Shown one piece after another: positions 43,018 through 57,386 of a DNA stretch of 64,000 nt (position 1 is the stretch's first letter; each line of letters starts with the position of its first letter). Below the pieces are notes generated by a model. The model was given only the letters and a program-made list of their open reading frames with translations. It had not been told where the DNA came from and ran no database searches. The stretch spans positions 21,328,001-21,392,000 of the forward strand of contig OX597834.1 of the NCBI GenBank assembly GCA_951406725.2, given 5' to 3'. Both the position numbers and the translations under genes were made by a program. This DNA comes from Octopus vulgaris (taxonomy: Eukaryota).

Positions 43018-43808
43018 AGCTGGCAGAATCGTTAGCATGCTGGACGGAATGCTTAGCAGTATTTCACCTGTCACAACATTCTGAGTTCAAATTCTGCCAA
43101 GGTTGACTTTGCCCTTCATCCTTTCAGGATTGATAAATCAAGCACCAGTGAAACACTGGGGTCGATGTAACTGACTTACCACCTTACCCAAAATTGATGG
43201 TCTTGTGCCTATAGTAGAATGGATTATTAGTTGGCTTGGGCCAAAATAAGATATTTAATATTAAACCATTGTTTGTGTTTTTATTATTAAAATGCCAGTA
43301 CCTGAGCCAGAAAGGGAGCCATTGTGCAACCTCTTGACAGACTAGAGACAGCAGCATTAATCTCTTTCATTTCATACCCTGCTGTTTTAAAACAAAGAAG
43401 GACATGTTGTATAATGAAGTTCTAGAGAAGATGTGTCTTGGCTAAGGACACGATGGTTAAACTTAGAATGCATTTGATTGTAGCTTAGCTTAATGAGAAC
43501 AGCCTGCAGGCTAAATGAACAAGAACACTGCAGTATATGTTTAAATAAAGAACATTCTGAAATTTAGAAAATAATAGTTGTGTGTGTGTGTGTGTGTGTG
43601 TGTGTTTCTTTCTGAATTTTTCGACTTGCAAAGGTAATTTATGTATACCCTGTATAATATATATATATAATATTTCTCAATCTCTCTATAAATATATATG
43701 TGGGTATGGGTGTATATATATATATATATACACACATATATATATATACACACATACATATATATGTATATACATATATATATACATATATATATATATA
43801 CACACACC

Positions 43809-43842
<34 letters not shown>

Positions 43843-44781
43843 CATATATATTTATATACATACACACACACACATAAGATGACAACATAAAGTTGTTAAA
43901 AAGAAATGGCTAAGAGAATAATGAAAAAAATTTGCTCACAGAATGTCTCACCTGAAGCCAGGATTAGATTCTTCGATATGTTTTTCTTCTTTCGAAAAAA
44001 TAACTTTGATTCAAGGAATGTTTAGCCTCTTAATTCTTACACATTCATGAACCACAATGGAACTTTTTTGTTGCTTTGTTACCTAAACCGTTAACACTTC
44101 CTTGTCAACAATGGGAGAGAAAAAAAATAACCTTCCTTGTTAGGATGGCTTAATCAAAGGTTAACGAAGACTACACAACAACCAGAAACAGTAATCTATT
44201 TCTTTTTTTTTGTCTTCAAGACTTTCAGATTTAATTTAATCAGAGTGATGGTGCCATGGAAACTCTATTCAGCAGCCATATTTGGTATTGCCTCACGCCT
44301 TTTGGTAGGATATATTGTTATATATGTATATTTCGAAGGTGGTGAACTGACAACCGGTGCTGGTTTGTTTACATCCCCATAATTTAGCAGTTTGGCAAGA
44401 GAAGCCGATAGACTAAGTACCAAACTTTAGAAAAATACAATAAATTTTGACTAAAATCCTTCAAGGCAGTGCCCCAGCATGGCCACAGTCTAATAACTGA
44501 AACAAGTAAGGGATGAAAGATATAATTTTCACTTTTATTAAATTTCTTGATGTTTATGCAAAATAATGAAATAAATGCAAATTTTCTAAGGCAAAATATT
44601 TATTAACTTAAAGTAAAATAAAATAACAGAAATTTCTCATTTGCATATTTGCAATAAATACATATATTGATAGTAACCTCAAAGTTTCAGCCAGTTAAGC
44701 TATCATCTGAAACTTCGAAGTACTATTCTTTTTAAAGAGTAATAAATATGTACTCTACCAAATGGATTGAGTAATCCTTCA

Positions 44782-44812
<31 letters not shown>

Positions 44813-45489
44813 CCCATGGTCAACCATGACCAAAGGTGGCCATGTGATCGTATATATATATTATATATATATATATATATATTAATGAATTCCAACCTTG
44901 TCTGATTTTCCGTTTTATTTACAATCTTATATTGATAGAGTATAAGATAATATGATATAATAAAATAAAATCCAATGAAGAGCTCCACTCGAAACGTTAA
45001 ACCCTCCTTCTTTCATGAGCATCCAATAATACTATATTTGTTCCACGTCCTCGCGTTGTTGTGTTTTTTTGTGCTTTCTTGTTTGGATTAACTATATATA
45101 TATATATATATATATAATCATTTAAAATCTATTTTCAATGCTGAGATGGGTTGGACAGTTTGACAAGAATTGGCCAGCTGAAGAGCTGTCCAGGCCCCAT
45201 GTCTGTTTTAGCATGGTTCCTACAGCTGGATGCCCTTCCTAGCCCTAACACCAACCACTATTGAGAGTACCATATATATATATATGTGTGTGTGTGTTTG
45301 TATACACACACACACATGTTTATTTATTTATTAATACTTAGCAGAAGCAACTGACTGGCTCAAGGACCCAGTTACAGATCAAGAGGTTGAAACCGGTTTG
45401 ATGAGCTCTAACGGCAAACTAGAATGCTGGCATGGAGAATTACTGTGTATTGTATTCAAGGAAGAATATAGATAGATAGACAGTGAGAC

Positions 45490-45540
<51 letters not shown>

Positions 45541-45544
<4 letters not shown>

Positions 45545-45828
45545 TGAATTAGAGATAAAACCACTATTATGCAACTCAAACAGTGATAGACATAAACCAA
45601 TACATAAATAACAAATAATATAAATATAATTAATATAATATAATACTTATTATATTTATATTACTTATTATATTATATTTATCATTCTTTTTATACTTTA
45701 AAAATATATATATATATATTATATATATTATATTATTATTATATATATATATTATTTGTTATTTATGTATTAGTTTATGTCTATCACTGTTGAGTTGCAT
45801 AATAGAGGTTTTATCTCTAATTCATATT
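45541..45828. repeat. Inverted repeat (~75-bp arms) around an AT-only spacer
   Basis: aatatgaattagagataaaaccactattatgcaactcaaacagtgatagacataaacc pairs with agtttatgtctatcactgttgagttgcataatagaggttttatctctaattcatatt. A single-arm homolog lies at ~2053-2110. Confidence 0.9.
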
Positions 45829-47022
45829 CTTTATATTTATACTGTGAAATTTGATTTAATACTAAATCAAATTTTTCCCTGTATGTTTGGAGCTATACTC
45901 CCTAATATTATTATTATTATATATATACATATATATATAAAGTCATTGAAAATGTATTTTTGCTATACAGAGTGAAGACTTCTTCCAAGTGCTTTCAGTT
46001 AAGGTCCCCCAACTTAGCAAATTCCCCCAGCTGTATCGTAAACCCCAACTTTCTCCAACATCAAATGTAAGGCTTTTACTGTGTGACAGTTATTCTAATT
46101 GTATCTGTTGAACAAACTTAGAGAAGTTATTTTACAATATCGACTAGAAAGCAAACTTGAATTTCATTGATCTTCTGTCTCAAAGAATTCAGTTCTGATA
46201 TCTATTCCACAAATTAATTAGGGACTTGGTTTTACAATCTGTTAATTGTAAATATTGATCAGTGAATTGATCAGGAAAACTGAAAAAGGAGGAAACCAAT
46301 AATTTATTAGCAACAGCTCCTTTCCTCTCTCTCTCTCTCTTTCTTTCTGTCCCTCTCTCCCCACATACGTAACACTTCAAAGGCGATAGTGTGAAAGGTG
46401 ATTGGTTGGTTGGTTTTCATGTATTAAATCCCTCACCTCCGAGCATTATTGACCCATCTTATTGTGAAGGCCTCTGTTGTCGATTTTTTTTTTTTTTATA
46501 TATTTTTCCTTTTGCTAATTCTCCGACACCGAGGAAGCCAGAAAGCGACAACAACACGATAACAACAACCACACAAGCAATTACAATATTTCCTATGTTC
46601 CACATGTACAACAGATTTTTCAATAATTGAAAAACCACCAAAGCCCTAAGACTTGCATGAAACATAAGCCTCTTGTTCTTGTAATGTCACACAAGACGAA
46701 GACGAAACAACAACAGCAACAACGAAATTACTTTATATCATAGCAATACCAAGTTTGGTTTTAATGATAATGGCTCTTTGCGAACCAAGAGAAAAGCTGG
46801 TTTATATTAATCCTAATGAAATAGTAATTGTACAGAGTTAGTCTGTCAGTCGGTCGGTCGGTCAGTCATTCTTTCGGTCAGTGTTGCTTCCTTAATCTCT
46901 GCTTTGTGTCTGTGCGATACATTATCGCTAGTTACTCACCAATTCCCTTGTTTAATCCTACCAAATACCTACATACATCTGTATATATATATATATAAAA
47001 ACACATATATTTGTTAATGCAT

Positions 47023-47057
<35 letters not shown>

Positions 47058-48083
47058 CATGCATACACACACATATATTCGCTAATACATACATACACAT
47101 ACATACATACATACATATATACATACATACACATATACTTACATACATATACTTACATACATATAAACATACATATATACATACATACACATATACCTAC
47201 ATATATATAAACATACATACATATATACATACATACACATATACCTACATGCATATGTACATACATACACATATACCTACATACATATAAACATACATAC
47301 ATATATACATACATACACATATACCTACATATAAACATACATACATATATATACATACACATATACCTACATACATATAAATATACAAACATAAATAGAT
47401 ATGTATATACAAATATACACACATACATACATACATGCATACAGGTATACATACACACACACACGTGTGTTTTCTTGCTAATGCCCTGTCGGTCCCCACC
47501 ACCATCACCACCACCACCAAAACCACCACCACCACCACCACCACTGTCACCTCCATCTATTGAACCCCAAGATCTAAAGCCAATCTTTAATTTGTAGCCA
47601 ATCTCTATAATTGCATCCAATCTCTCCTAATTGTTTTCTTATCAAATTTCTACCTGTTTTCCATCTTAACTTCTCCCCCCCCCACCACCACCACAGTCCC
47701 TCCACCCCCCCGACCTCCGACTCCTCTCCCTGCATTTACTTATAAATCTTCTTCCTTAATCCTTTTGCTATCTCCAACCACCACCCCACTACTGTCATCA
47801 TCATCATCATCATCATTGTCACTACTGCCACCACCACCACTACCACCACCACCACCCTTAATTTCTAATTATTTTCCTATCTCATCTGAGTCTGTTACTC
47901 TCTAATCTCTTCCCCATGTGCTCTCTCCCTCCCTCCCTTTCTAATCACTAAGCTTCTCCCCTTCTCTCTTTCCTTCTTTCTCCCTCACCTTTCTTTTTTA
48001 CTCCTACTTTTTCCTCCCTTGTCTGTCTTTCTCACTATCTATTTGCCTGCCTGCCTCTCGCTCCCTCTCTCTTTCTGTCTATA

Positions 48084-48154
<71 letters not shown>

Positions 48155-49205
48155 CTATCTATCTATTCTTTAATCCTCTCTGTCTCTCTACCTCTTTCTC
48201 TTGCCCCCTCTCTCTCTTTCCCTGTCTTGGTCCCTGTCTCTTCTCCTTATTGTCCTACTCTCTCTTCCTCCTCCTCTTCCTCTCCCCCTTCTCTCTCTCT
48301 AATTCTCCCCCACTAGCCGCATCTCTCTTTTTCTCTCTTGACTCCTCTCTTCTTCACTCTCTCCCTCCTCCACTTCTATCTCCCCCTCTCTTTTCTCTTT
48401 CCTTCTCTCTCCTTCTTCCTCTCAGACCCCCTCCTTTCTCTCTTCCCTCTCACCTCCATTCATATTTCATCTCTCGCCAACCATTCCTCTGTCTCGTCTC
48501 TCGTCTCTTGTTACACCTTCAGCTCTTACTTAGCCTCATCCACATCATTTATTCCCATAGAATTCGCCCCTACCACACCCCTACCACACCCCGCCACACC
48601 CCATCCCACCCATTAACACTAACTGTACTTAGCAAACTCTGTATGTATCATCATTACGCAGGGTCGTTAATAGCAAGAATTGTAATTAATGGAATCGGCT
48701 GCAATGGAACCGCCACACACTTAATACACAAGGGGCCATCATAGGAAAGAGCATGAGACTGCAAAAGGAAAGACTACCTCCTCACCCCGAAATGCCACCC
48801 CAGTTCTTCCCATAATTTTCAAGTCCACAGGTTTATATTTGTTGCTTCTGTTGATGGAGTTCTTTCTAAATTTAGTAAAGCTCTAACATTTTCCTTGAGA
48901 TTGATGAAGATTTGCTCTTTAGAATGGAGTGCTATCTTCCGGAACGTTCATCATTTTAATTTATATGTGTTTCAGCCATTGGGCTGCGGCCATGATGGTG
49001 CAATGTCTTGAAGGGTTTAGTATCGTCGAAGAAATTGACCCCAGTAATTTTTTTGCTTGTTTTAAAGTTCAGTGCTTATTCATTCAGTTGCTTTTGATGA
49101 AACACTAAGTTATGGGGACGTAAACAAACCAACACTGGCTGTCGAGCTATGGAGCAGACAAGCACACACACGCTCTTATAAGGTGGGAGCAAGTCAATTA
49201 CATCA

Positions 49206-49501
49206 TATGGAGGCACATGGCCTAGTGGTTAGAGCAACGGACTCGCGGTCGAGGGATCACGGGTTCGAATCTCAGACCGGACGATGTGTGTGTTTATGAG
49301 CAAAACACCTAAGCTCCACGCAGCTCCGGCAGAAGGTAATGGCAACACTTCTGCTGACTCTTTTGCCACAACTTTCTCTCACTCTTTCCTCCTGCATCTT
49401 GCAGCTCACCTGCGATGGACCGGTGTCCCGTCCAGGTGGGGAACCTATACGCCAAGAAACCGGGAAACCGACCCTTATGAGCCAGGCATGGCTCAAGAAG
49501 G
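49206..49501 (+). mobile_element. tRNA-derived SINE family C with 15-bp TSD
   Basis: A box tggcctagtggttag, B box gggttcgaatctc. TSD aagtcaattacatca at 49191-49205 and 49502-49516. Confidence 0.9.
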
Positions 49502-49714
49502 AAGTCAATTACATCAGCCCCAGTGTTCAACTGGTACTAATTTTATTGAACATTGAAGGGATGGAAGATGAAGTTGACCTTTGTGGAATTTGAACTCTAA
49601 ACATAAAAATAGACAAAATGTCATAAAGCATTTTGCCCAGCATGCTTACAATTCTGCCATAATAATAATGATATTGTATATCTCATAATAATGCCGGGAA
49701 ATGAAAATGCCCTC

Positions 49715-50035
49715 TTATCAGCATATCAGTTCCAACAGATGATTATATATCTCTAAAAGAGATAGGGAAATTATCTCAATATAAAGACCTAGATAACCTG
49801 AATGCAAGGCTTGAAAACAGAAACAATCCTTATAATAACGGGTGCTTTGGGAATGATTAAAATGTATGAAGACATTTACATAACCACAATGCCAAATGAA
49901 ATGGTGCATACAGAAAACAGCACTGGTTGGCATTGCTCAGATATTATGTAGGGTGTTTCCAATACAATGAAATAAGAAAAACCAAAAGGCTACTGATACC
50001 CAAGATACTCAGAGCTGTGCTTGGTCATGCAAGAA
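49715..50035 (+). mobile_element. Old 3' relic of an R4/Dong-like non-LTR element
   Basis: ISVPTDDYISLKEIGKLSQYKDL...ETILIITGALGMIK. Homologous to 52185-52520, including 3' UTR-like sequence (tacccaag...cagagctgtgct). Confidence 0.75.
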
Positions 50036-50949
50036 TGAAAAACCAGCTTATAAATGCCATCTCTCTTGGAGCTCAAACTTCATGCTATGAGGTGCAGCAA
50101 AATAAATGCGAGTGGGTTATAGGTATTAAGAATATTCATTCTGCTGCTGTTGTTGTTGTTGTTGATGTTGACGAGGACATATGATATGGTACCAAAAGCA
50201 TTCTAGTTGAAAGGATCTCATTTCGTTTTTGCAGATAACAAACAACATTGTTCAATATGTATCCTTCTCTAGTGTCACAATAGGGAACGAATTTAGAAAA
50301 ATTTAGCTGCTATTTCTACCTGGTTGAACGACCTTGCAAAAGCTTTTTAAGCCTCCAATGGGGATGTTTTTGATTTTTTCTTATCTTTTTTTTTCTTTGC
50401 CTATTACAAGCAAATTTTTCCTTGAGGTTAAAATTTATTTTTAATTTTAATTATGCATAAAATTAATGGTGTATAAAGTTAATCACGTATAAAAAAATGA
50501 AATTCAAAGTGCAAAATGTTTGCATGTTCACGATTAAACATTCTTCTTTTTCTTCCTCTTTTTCCTCTTCTTATTTATTATTTTTTTTTGCTTCTTGTGT
50601 GTTTTTTTTCTTTTTTCTCAATGCTTGAATGGATAGTTTGAAGCAATTAATTTGGCAGCTTGATGCCTTTTCTACAATAACCAATGAACCGTGAAGTTAA
50701 GTAGGGATTGAAACCTGTTTGGAATCAATCAAGCAATCCAAAGCCGTCACAAGGGAGTTATTTATTTTGCCTCACTTTTCACCTCAAAACATCCTGAAGC
50801 AACAGTGCTTAAGGCTGGAAATCAGGACTATGTCTCAAAAAAAAAAAAGCCCAAGATTCAGGCTGTGTGGTTAAGAAGCTTGTCTGCCACCACATGGTTT
50901 TGGGTTCAGTCCCACTGCTTGGTACCATGAGCAAGTATTTTCTATTATA

Positions 50950-51594
50950 TATTTCTTTATTGCCCACAAGGGGCTAAACATAGAGGGGACAAATACGAAC
51001 AGACAAAGGGATCAAGTCGTTTACATCGACCCCAGTGCGTAACTGGTACTTAATTTATCGACCCCGAAAGGATGAAAGGCAAAGTCGACCTCGGCGGAAT
51101 TTGAACTCAGAACGTAACACATACGAAATACGGCTACGCATATATATTTCTTTATTGCCCACAAGGGGCTAAACATAGAGGGGACAAACATGGACAGACA
51201 AAGGGATCAAGTCGTTTACATCGATCCCAGTGCGTAACTGGTACTAAATTTATCGACCCCGAAAGGATGAAAGGCAAAGTCAACCTCGGCGGAATTTGAA
51301 CTCAGAACGTAACGACAGACGAAATACGGCTACGCATTTCGCCCAGCGTGCTAACATTTCTTATTTCTTTATTGCCCACAAGGGGCTAAACATAGAGGGG
51401 ACAAACACGGACAGACAAAGGGATCAAGTCGTTTACATCGACCCCAGTGCGTAGCTGGTACTTAATTTATCCACCCCGAAAGGATGAAAGGCAAAGTTGA
51501 CCTCGGCGGAATTTGAACTCAGAACGTAACGACAGACGAAATACGGCTACGCATTTTGCCCGGCGTGCTAACATTTCTGCCAGCTCGCTGCCCT
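50950..51594 (-). mobile_element. Head-to-tail trimer of SINE family B with one 16-bp TSD, inserted into a SINE A copy
   Basis: Units at ~50950-51141, 51144-51360 and 51362-51594. TSD agtattttctattata at 50934-50949 and 51595-51610. Confidence 0.9.
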
Positions 51595-51868
51595 AGTATT
51601 TTCTATTATAGCTCAAGGGTAAACCAATACCTGAAATGATGAGGATCTTTCATCCCTTTTTATCCTTTTTTTAGTTTCACTTGTAGGATATTTACACCAC
51701 CTTTATTTAAATTGATTTTGCAAAATCTTACCTCTTACAATATCAAAATATTTCTCATGGCACCAGCAGACAAAATGGAAAAGGTGATGCCCCAGAAGAT
51801 GGCAAGGGAAATTTTCACTTGCAGCACAGGATCGAAGCCTTCCCACCAGATATCACCAAAAATATGTA

Positions 51869-52553
51869 ATGAAAAGAAATATAAGTAACTGCAGAATATG
51901 TGGAGATGGAGAAGAAATAATAAATGATATTGTCTCTGGCTGCCCAGTCCCGGCTGAGAAGGAATATATTCATAGACACGGACAGAGTTGGGATCTATAT
52001 ACACTGGAAGCTATGCCAACACTATGGAATAACAATAGAAAACAAGATGTTATAGGCACACGCCAGAAAAGGAGAAAGCAACCATACTCTGGGATATGCC
52101 AATACACACCGATAGAGAAAATTAAGGCCAAGAGGCCAGATATAGTTGTCAGAGATCACCAAGAAAACAAAAGCTTTTTAATTGATGTATCAGTACCAAC
52201 AGTTGACAATGTTTCTCTAAAAGAAACAGAGAAACTTTCAAAATACAAAGATCTGGAAACAGAGGTAACTTGAACGTGGAGTCTAAAAGCAGAAACAATT
52301 CCTATCATAGTGGGTGCATTAGGTATGATTAAAAATATGTAACCAAAACACAGACAAATATGTAGCCAAAGCACCAGGATTACAAGTATATATAACATAC
52401 AGAAAATAGCACTACTAGGTACTGCGCACATCCTACATAAAACATTGTCAATACAGTGAAAATAAGAGGACCACAACAAACCACAGCACATACCCAAGGC
52501 ACACAGAGCTGTGCTCAATAGTGCTGTGAAAGCTCTTGATAAAAATAAGACTA

Positions 52554-52558
<5 letters not shown>
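51869..52558 (+). pseudogene. 3' end of an R4/Dong-clade non-LTR retrotransposon ORF (zinc knuckle + restriction-like endonuclease), frameshifted
   Basis: CRICGDGEEIINDIVSGC (CCHC with H>D), RH, LWDMPIHTDR, RPDIVV...LIDVSVP...EKLSKYKDL, PIIVGALGMI. Ends in (TAA)n. Confidence 0.88.
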
Positions 52559-52587
<29 letters not shown>

Positions 52588-52695
52588 GTTTTCAACTAGC
52601 AATAACCACGCCTCGGATAACACTCATTGGCTATGGTACCGCCTCTGCATATAATAATAATAATAATAATAGTTAATTGTGGTGGTGGTGATGGT

Positions 52696-52822
52696 GAAGA
52701 AGAAAAGGAAGAAGAAGAAGAAGAAGAAGAAGAAGAAGAAGAAGAAGAAGAAGAAGAAGAAGAAGAAGAAGAAGAAAAGGAAGAAGAAGAAGAAGAAGAA
52801 GAAGAAGAAGAAGAAGAAGAAA
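52696..52822. repeat. (GAA)n microsatellite
   Basis: About 40 GAA units with two aag interruptions. Confidence 0.95.
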
Positions 52823-53417
52823 TTGAGACTAAAGTATCATGCCACATATCATAAAAAAGGTATTTTAAGGACGGCAAGTTATGGCTTTCAGGCTTTCAAA
52901 TCAGGCATCTTTACTAATCTCCATTTTGAAGAATATTTCCCTTGTAACTTGTCAGGCAAGTGCCATATTTACACAAAAACCTTTCAACAATGACTCACTT
53001 AGAATTTCAACAATAACAGACAAGTGTCAGCATAAAGCCATCATTCGCAGGAACTCATGGAACTCTCGCAGACTATATGTCATCTCCATTTGTGTATTTA
53101 TTTACAACCGACATTGGCATCACTTTTGAATGAATGATCGGTGTTTGGTACGTTTGTACGCTCGGCATGTTTCTATATTCGTATGAGTTACATATTTGTC
53201 CGTTACATGCTTGGTGCAGCCCCATTCCTCACATGCTTTGGTTGGATTTTTAAAAGGATCTTAAAAGGTGCAGGAGTGGCTGTGTGGTAGGAAGTTAGCT
53301 GCTGGACCACATGGTTCAAGGTTCAGTCCCGTTGCATCGCACCTTGAGCAAGTGTATTCTGCTATAGCCTTAGGCTGACCAAAGCGGTTGTCAAGTGATG
53401 GGAGGACAAACATATAC

Positions 53418-53760
<343 letters not shown>

Positions 53761-53947
53761 CAGGCTTCTTTCAATTTCCATCTACCAAATCCACTCATAA
53801 GGCTTTGGTTTGCCCAAGGTGCCACACAGTGGGACTGAACCCAGAACCATGTGACTGAGAAGCCAGCTTCTTACCACACAGCCACATATACATATTATAT
53901 ATATATCAGGAGAGAGAGAGAAAGATTTATATATGATGTATACATAT

Positions 53948-53985
<38 letters not shown>

Positions 53986-54047
53986 TGTATGTATTTATAT
54001 ATATCGTACATGAGAGAGAGAAAGATTTATATATGATGTATACATAT

Positions 54048-54094
<47 letters not shown>

Positions 54095-54695
54095 ACGCAT
54101 GTATGTATGTATATATCGTACATGAGTCTTTCTGTCTCTCCACAGTTCAGTGAATAATTGATCATAAGTGTAGATTTAGTTGGTCAATTGACACCTTTCA
54201 AAAACAAATTCTTCAGTTTCTGCAATAAAACCACCACAATAATGAAAATCCGTTTTCTTTTTCCACTCTGACGAGTCTGAACTATATTCTAAAGATCTAT
54301 TCTCAATGGAATTAACTTAATATTATTACTGCCCATGTGACATAAGAGGGTATATATACACCCAGTCTTAGGTTACGCTGTAAAACTAAGACTTTGGGTG
54401 GAGGAGTCCTGTTTCAATGTCTTTACTCACACATACACACATAAAGATGTTTATGTGTGTGTGTATGGAAGGTTAAAAGCATGAAAATTATAAATAAAGT
54501 TTGTACTTATTTTGTGTTGTTACTACCAAGAGTTTTATAAATGTTAAGAAAATTTTTGTGCGTGTGTGTGTGCGCGCATTTGTGTATGCGTGTGTGTGAG
54601 TGTGCATGCACATGTGTGTGCGCACACATGTTTGATTGTGTATACATGTATATATACATACACACATATGGGTAGGTCAGTAGATATACACATAC

Positions 54696-54726
<31 letters not shown>

Positions 54727-55572
54727 TATATATACATGCACATACACACACACATGTGTATATGTATATATATATACACTGACACAAATTTATACATTTA
54801 TGTATATCTGTCTGTCTATATATAGATAGATAGATAGATAGATGGATATAAATTATGTAAATTTGTGTCACTGTTTATATGTATATATATTTGTGTGTGT
54901 GTGTAGACACACACACACAATTATATATAAACTAGATCAAGAAAAACAATATTCTTCCTGTAATTGGGTGGATCAGGAATTCGTTAATTCCCAGTACAAT
55001 AAAATATCAAATTTCGAATTTGTAACAACAAACAACAGAGAAATAAAAAGGAAAATTAAAAAAAGAAGAAAAAAAAAGATAAAAAAAGTATATATTTACA
55101 TAAAAGATTAACAAAATACATACTCGAAATCCAAACTGTTTTCTGAAGCATTTCAAGCTCAAAATTAATCCTTTTTCCTAACGAAAGAAGAAAAGAGAAT
55201 AAAAATCCGAAGAAAAAGAGAAAAAAAGAAAGCTACAAGTTCTGAAGAAATGGTACTGCTAAGTCCATATGAAAGAAATCATTCTGTGAGAATATTTGGT
55301 TTAGAGTTATTGAATTCCCTGAACACTAACATGAAATCTTTTCATCCAAAAAAAATGATATCTCGTCTAACTAATCTAGGACTTAGATTTATAGAATGGG
55401 GGGGATAAATGTTAGAAGTAAATATGTATTTTAGGTGGTGATGGTCACAGTCGTGGGAGGTGATGGGTGTTAAAGCTTCATGCTAGAATCGGTGTTTAAG
55501 GTCTCGTTTTACAAATGTGTACCCCAGACTCAAGAATTATGTCATAAAATCAAAGCAAATTTATTGTTTATG

Positions 55573-55620
<48 letters not shown>

Positions 55621-56180
55621 GCCACCAAGGTCGACTTTGCTTTTCGTCCTTTCAGGGTTGATAAAATAAGTACCAGTTGAGTACTGGGGTCGATGCATTT
55701 GACTTACCCAACCATACCAAAATATTTAGACTTGTGCCAAAATTTGAAATCAGTATTATTGTTATTATTATTATTGAAAGGGCTAAAGACAGACACTTTC
55801 CTCTTTGGCCTAGCCCTCATTAACTTTTTCAAGTTTTACTTGAAAAGGAAGCTGAGGGTGGAGAGGGAAGTGTTGCCTTGTAGCAAGTTTGTTAAAAGGT
55901 GGGTGAATGTTGGAAGAATGGCCAGTGTGAAAGGACCAATTCTGAGCATGCACCTGTAAAAAGGGAATCAAAGGAGAAGGGCTCTTGCCCTGTTGATCAG
56001 GCACCTGTTGCTTTTCTGGGTTTTTCCACTAGGATCTTAAAGGACTTCCTATAGAGAATTTTAATTTGTTTAATTTTTATTTATATTGTTTACACACGGA
56101 AAACCCATTGTATCATCCTGTTTTTGTCCTTAATGCTGTTGCATGTCCTTTAATGTTATTGTATATGAACCCTTATTATT

Positions 56181-56630
56181 AGGGCAGCAAGCTGGCAGAA
56201 TCGTTAGCACACTGGGGGAAATGCTTAGCAGTATTTCATCTGCCGCTACATTCTGAGTTCAAATTCCACCGAGGTTGACTTTGCCTTTCATTTTTTCAGG
56301 GGTCAATAAATTAAGTCCCAGTTGAGTCTTGGGGTTAATGTAATCGACTATCCCCCTCCCCACAAATTTCAGGACTTGAGCCTATAATAGAAAGGATTAT
56401 CATTATCATCACCATCATCATTTAAGGCAGTGAACTTGCAGAACCGTTAACACTCTGCGCAAAATGACTAGTGGTGTTTTATCCATCTTTACATTCTGAG
56501 TTCAAATATCGCCAAAGTTGAATTTGCCTTTCATCCTTATGGGGTCAATAAAATAAATACCAATTGAGCAATGGGGTCGATGTAATCCACTTAAGCCCTC
56601 CCTCAAAACTTGTGCCTAAATTTGAAACCA
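56181..56630 (+). mobile_element. Two tandem SINE family B copies
   Basis: gggcagcaagctggcagaatcgttagc... and aggcagtgaacttgcagaaccgttaac..., both with the central gactttgcctttcat domain. Confidence 0.78.
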
Positions 56631-56900
56631 TCATTATTATTATTATTATCATTATTATTATTATTATTATTAGCTGTTTTTATTTTTGCTTTTGTAAAGT
56701 GTTAATAATGATTTGTGGGTTTTTTTTAAAGTTACCTAAAGTATTAGAAATTAGGAAAAAAAAACAAATTCCTACTTTTTGTTTTTCTTCCTTAGTGATT
56801 TACCATCACCTCATGTATTAATGCTACTGTTTAACTTCCAGGACAGCATTGACTGAAGAGAGCTATGATCAACTATATATTTTCCTTCAGCCAAAGTTAA

Positions 56901-56965
<65 letters not shown>

Positions 56966-57084
56966 TCTTTTCCTCTCACAAATTCAGACAAAATTCTTTG
57001 TTGTACTAGTTCAATTTCTAACATTGTGTTCAAATCCTCCTAAGATCCTCCTTGCTTTTCAATTTTCCAGGGATTCATTTTTAA

Positions 57085-57306
57085 CCCTTTAGCATTTAAA
57101 CCGGCTATATCCGCCCAAAAGTATTCTGCCTGTTTTATGTTCAAACTGGCCAGATCTGGCCTCTCACACCAACCCTACAATATCATTTTAAAAATTAACA
57201 ACTACCTCATTAAAATCTCATAGCTACAAGATAATGCATGATTAGTTCAAAACGAATGTGGATAAAAAAGCATTAATTTTGGCAGAATAATGTGAACACT
57301 AAAGGG
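57085..57306. mobile_element. piggyBac-type MITE (222 bp)
   Basis: TTAA|CCCTTTAG...CTAAAGGG|TTAA. TTAA TSD at 57081-57084 and 57307-57310. Confidence 0.9.
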
Positions 57307-57386
57307 TTAAACATTAAGAAATGCTATTTGTAAAACTGTTTCATTAGAAAATTGCTACCAAAAATTTTTATATATCCATTGCATTA

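Noticed and set aside
52627-52993. Poly-Glu/poly-Lys/poly-Ser ORFs
   Set aside because: They are translations of a pure (GAA)n microsatellite.
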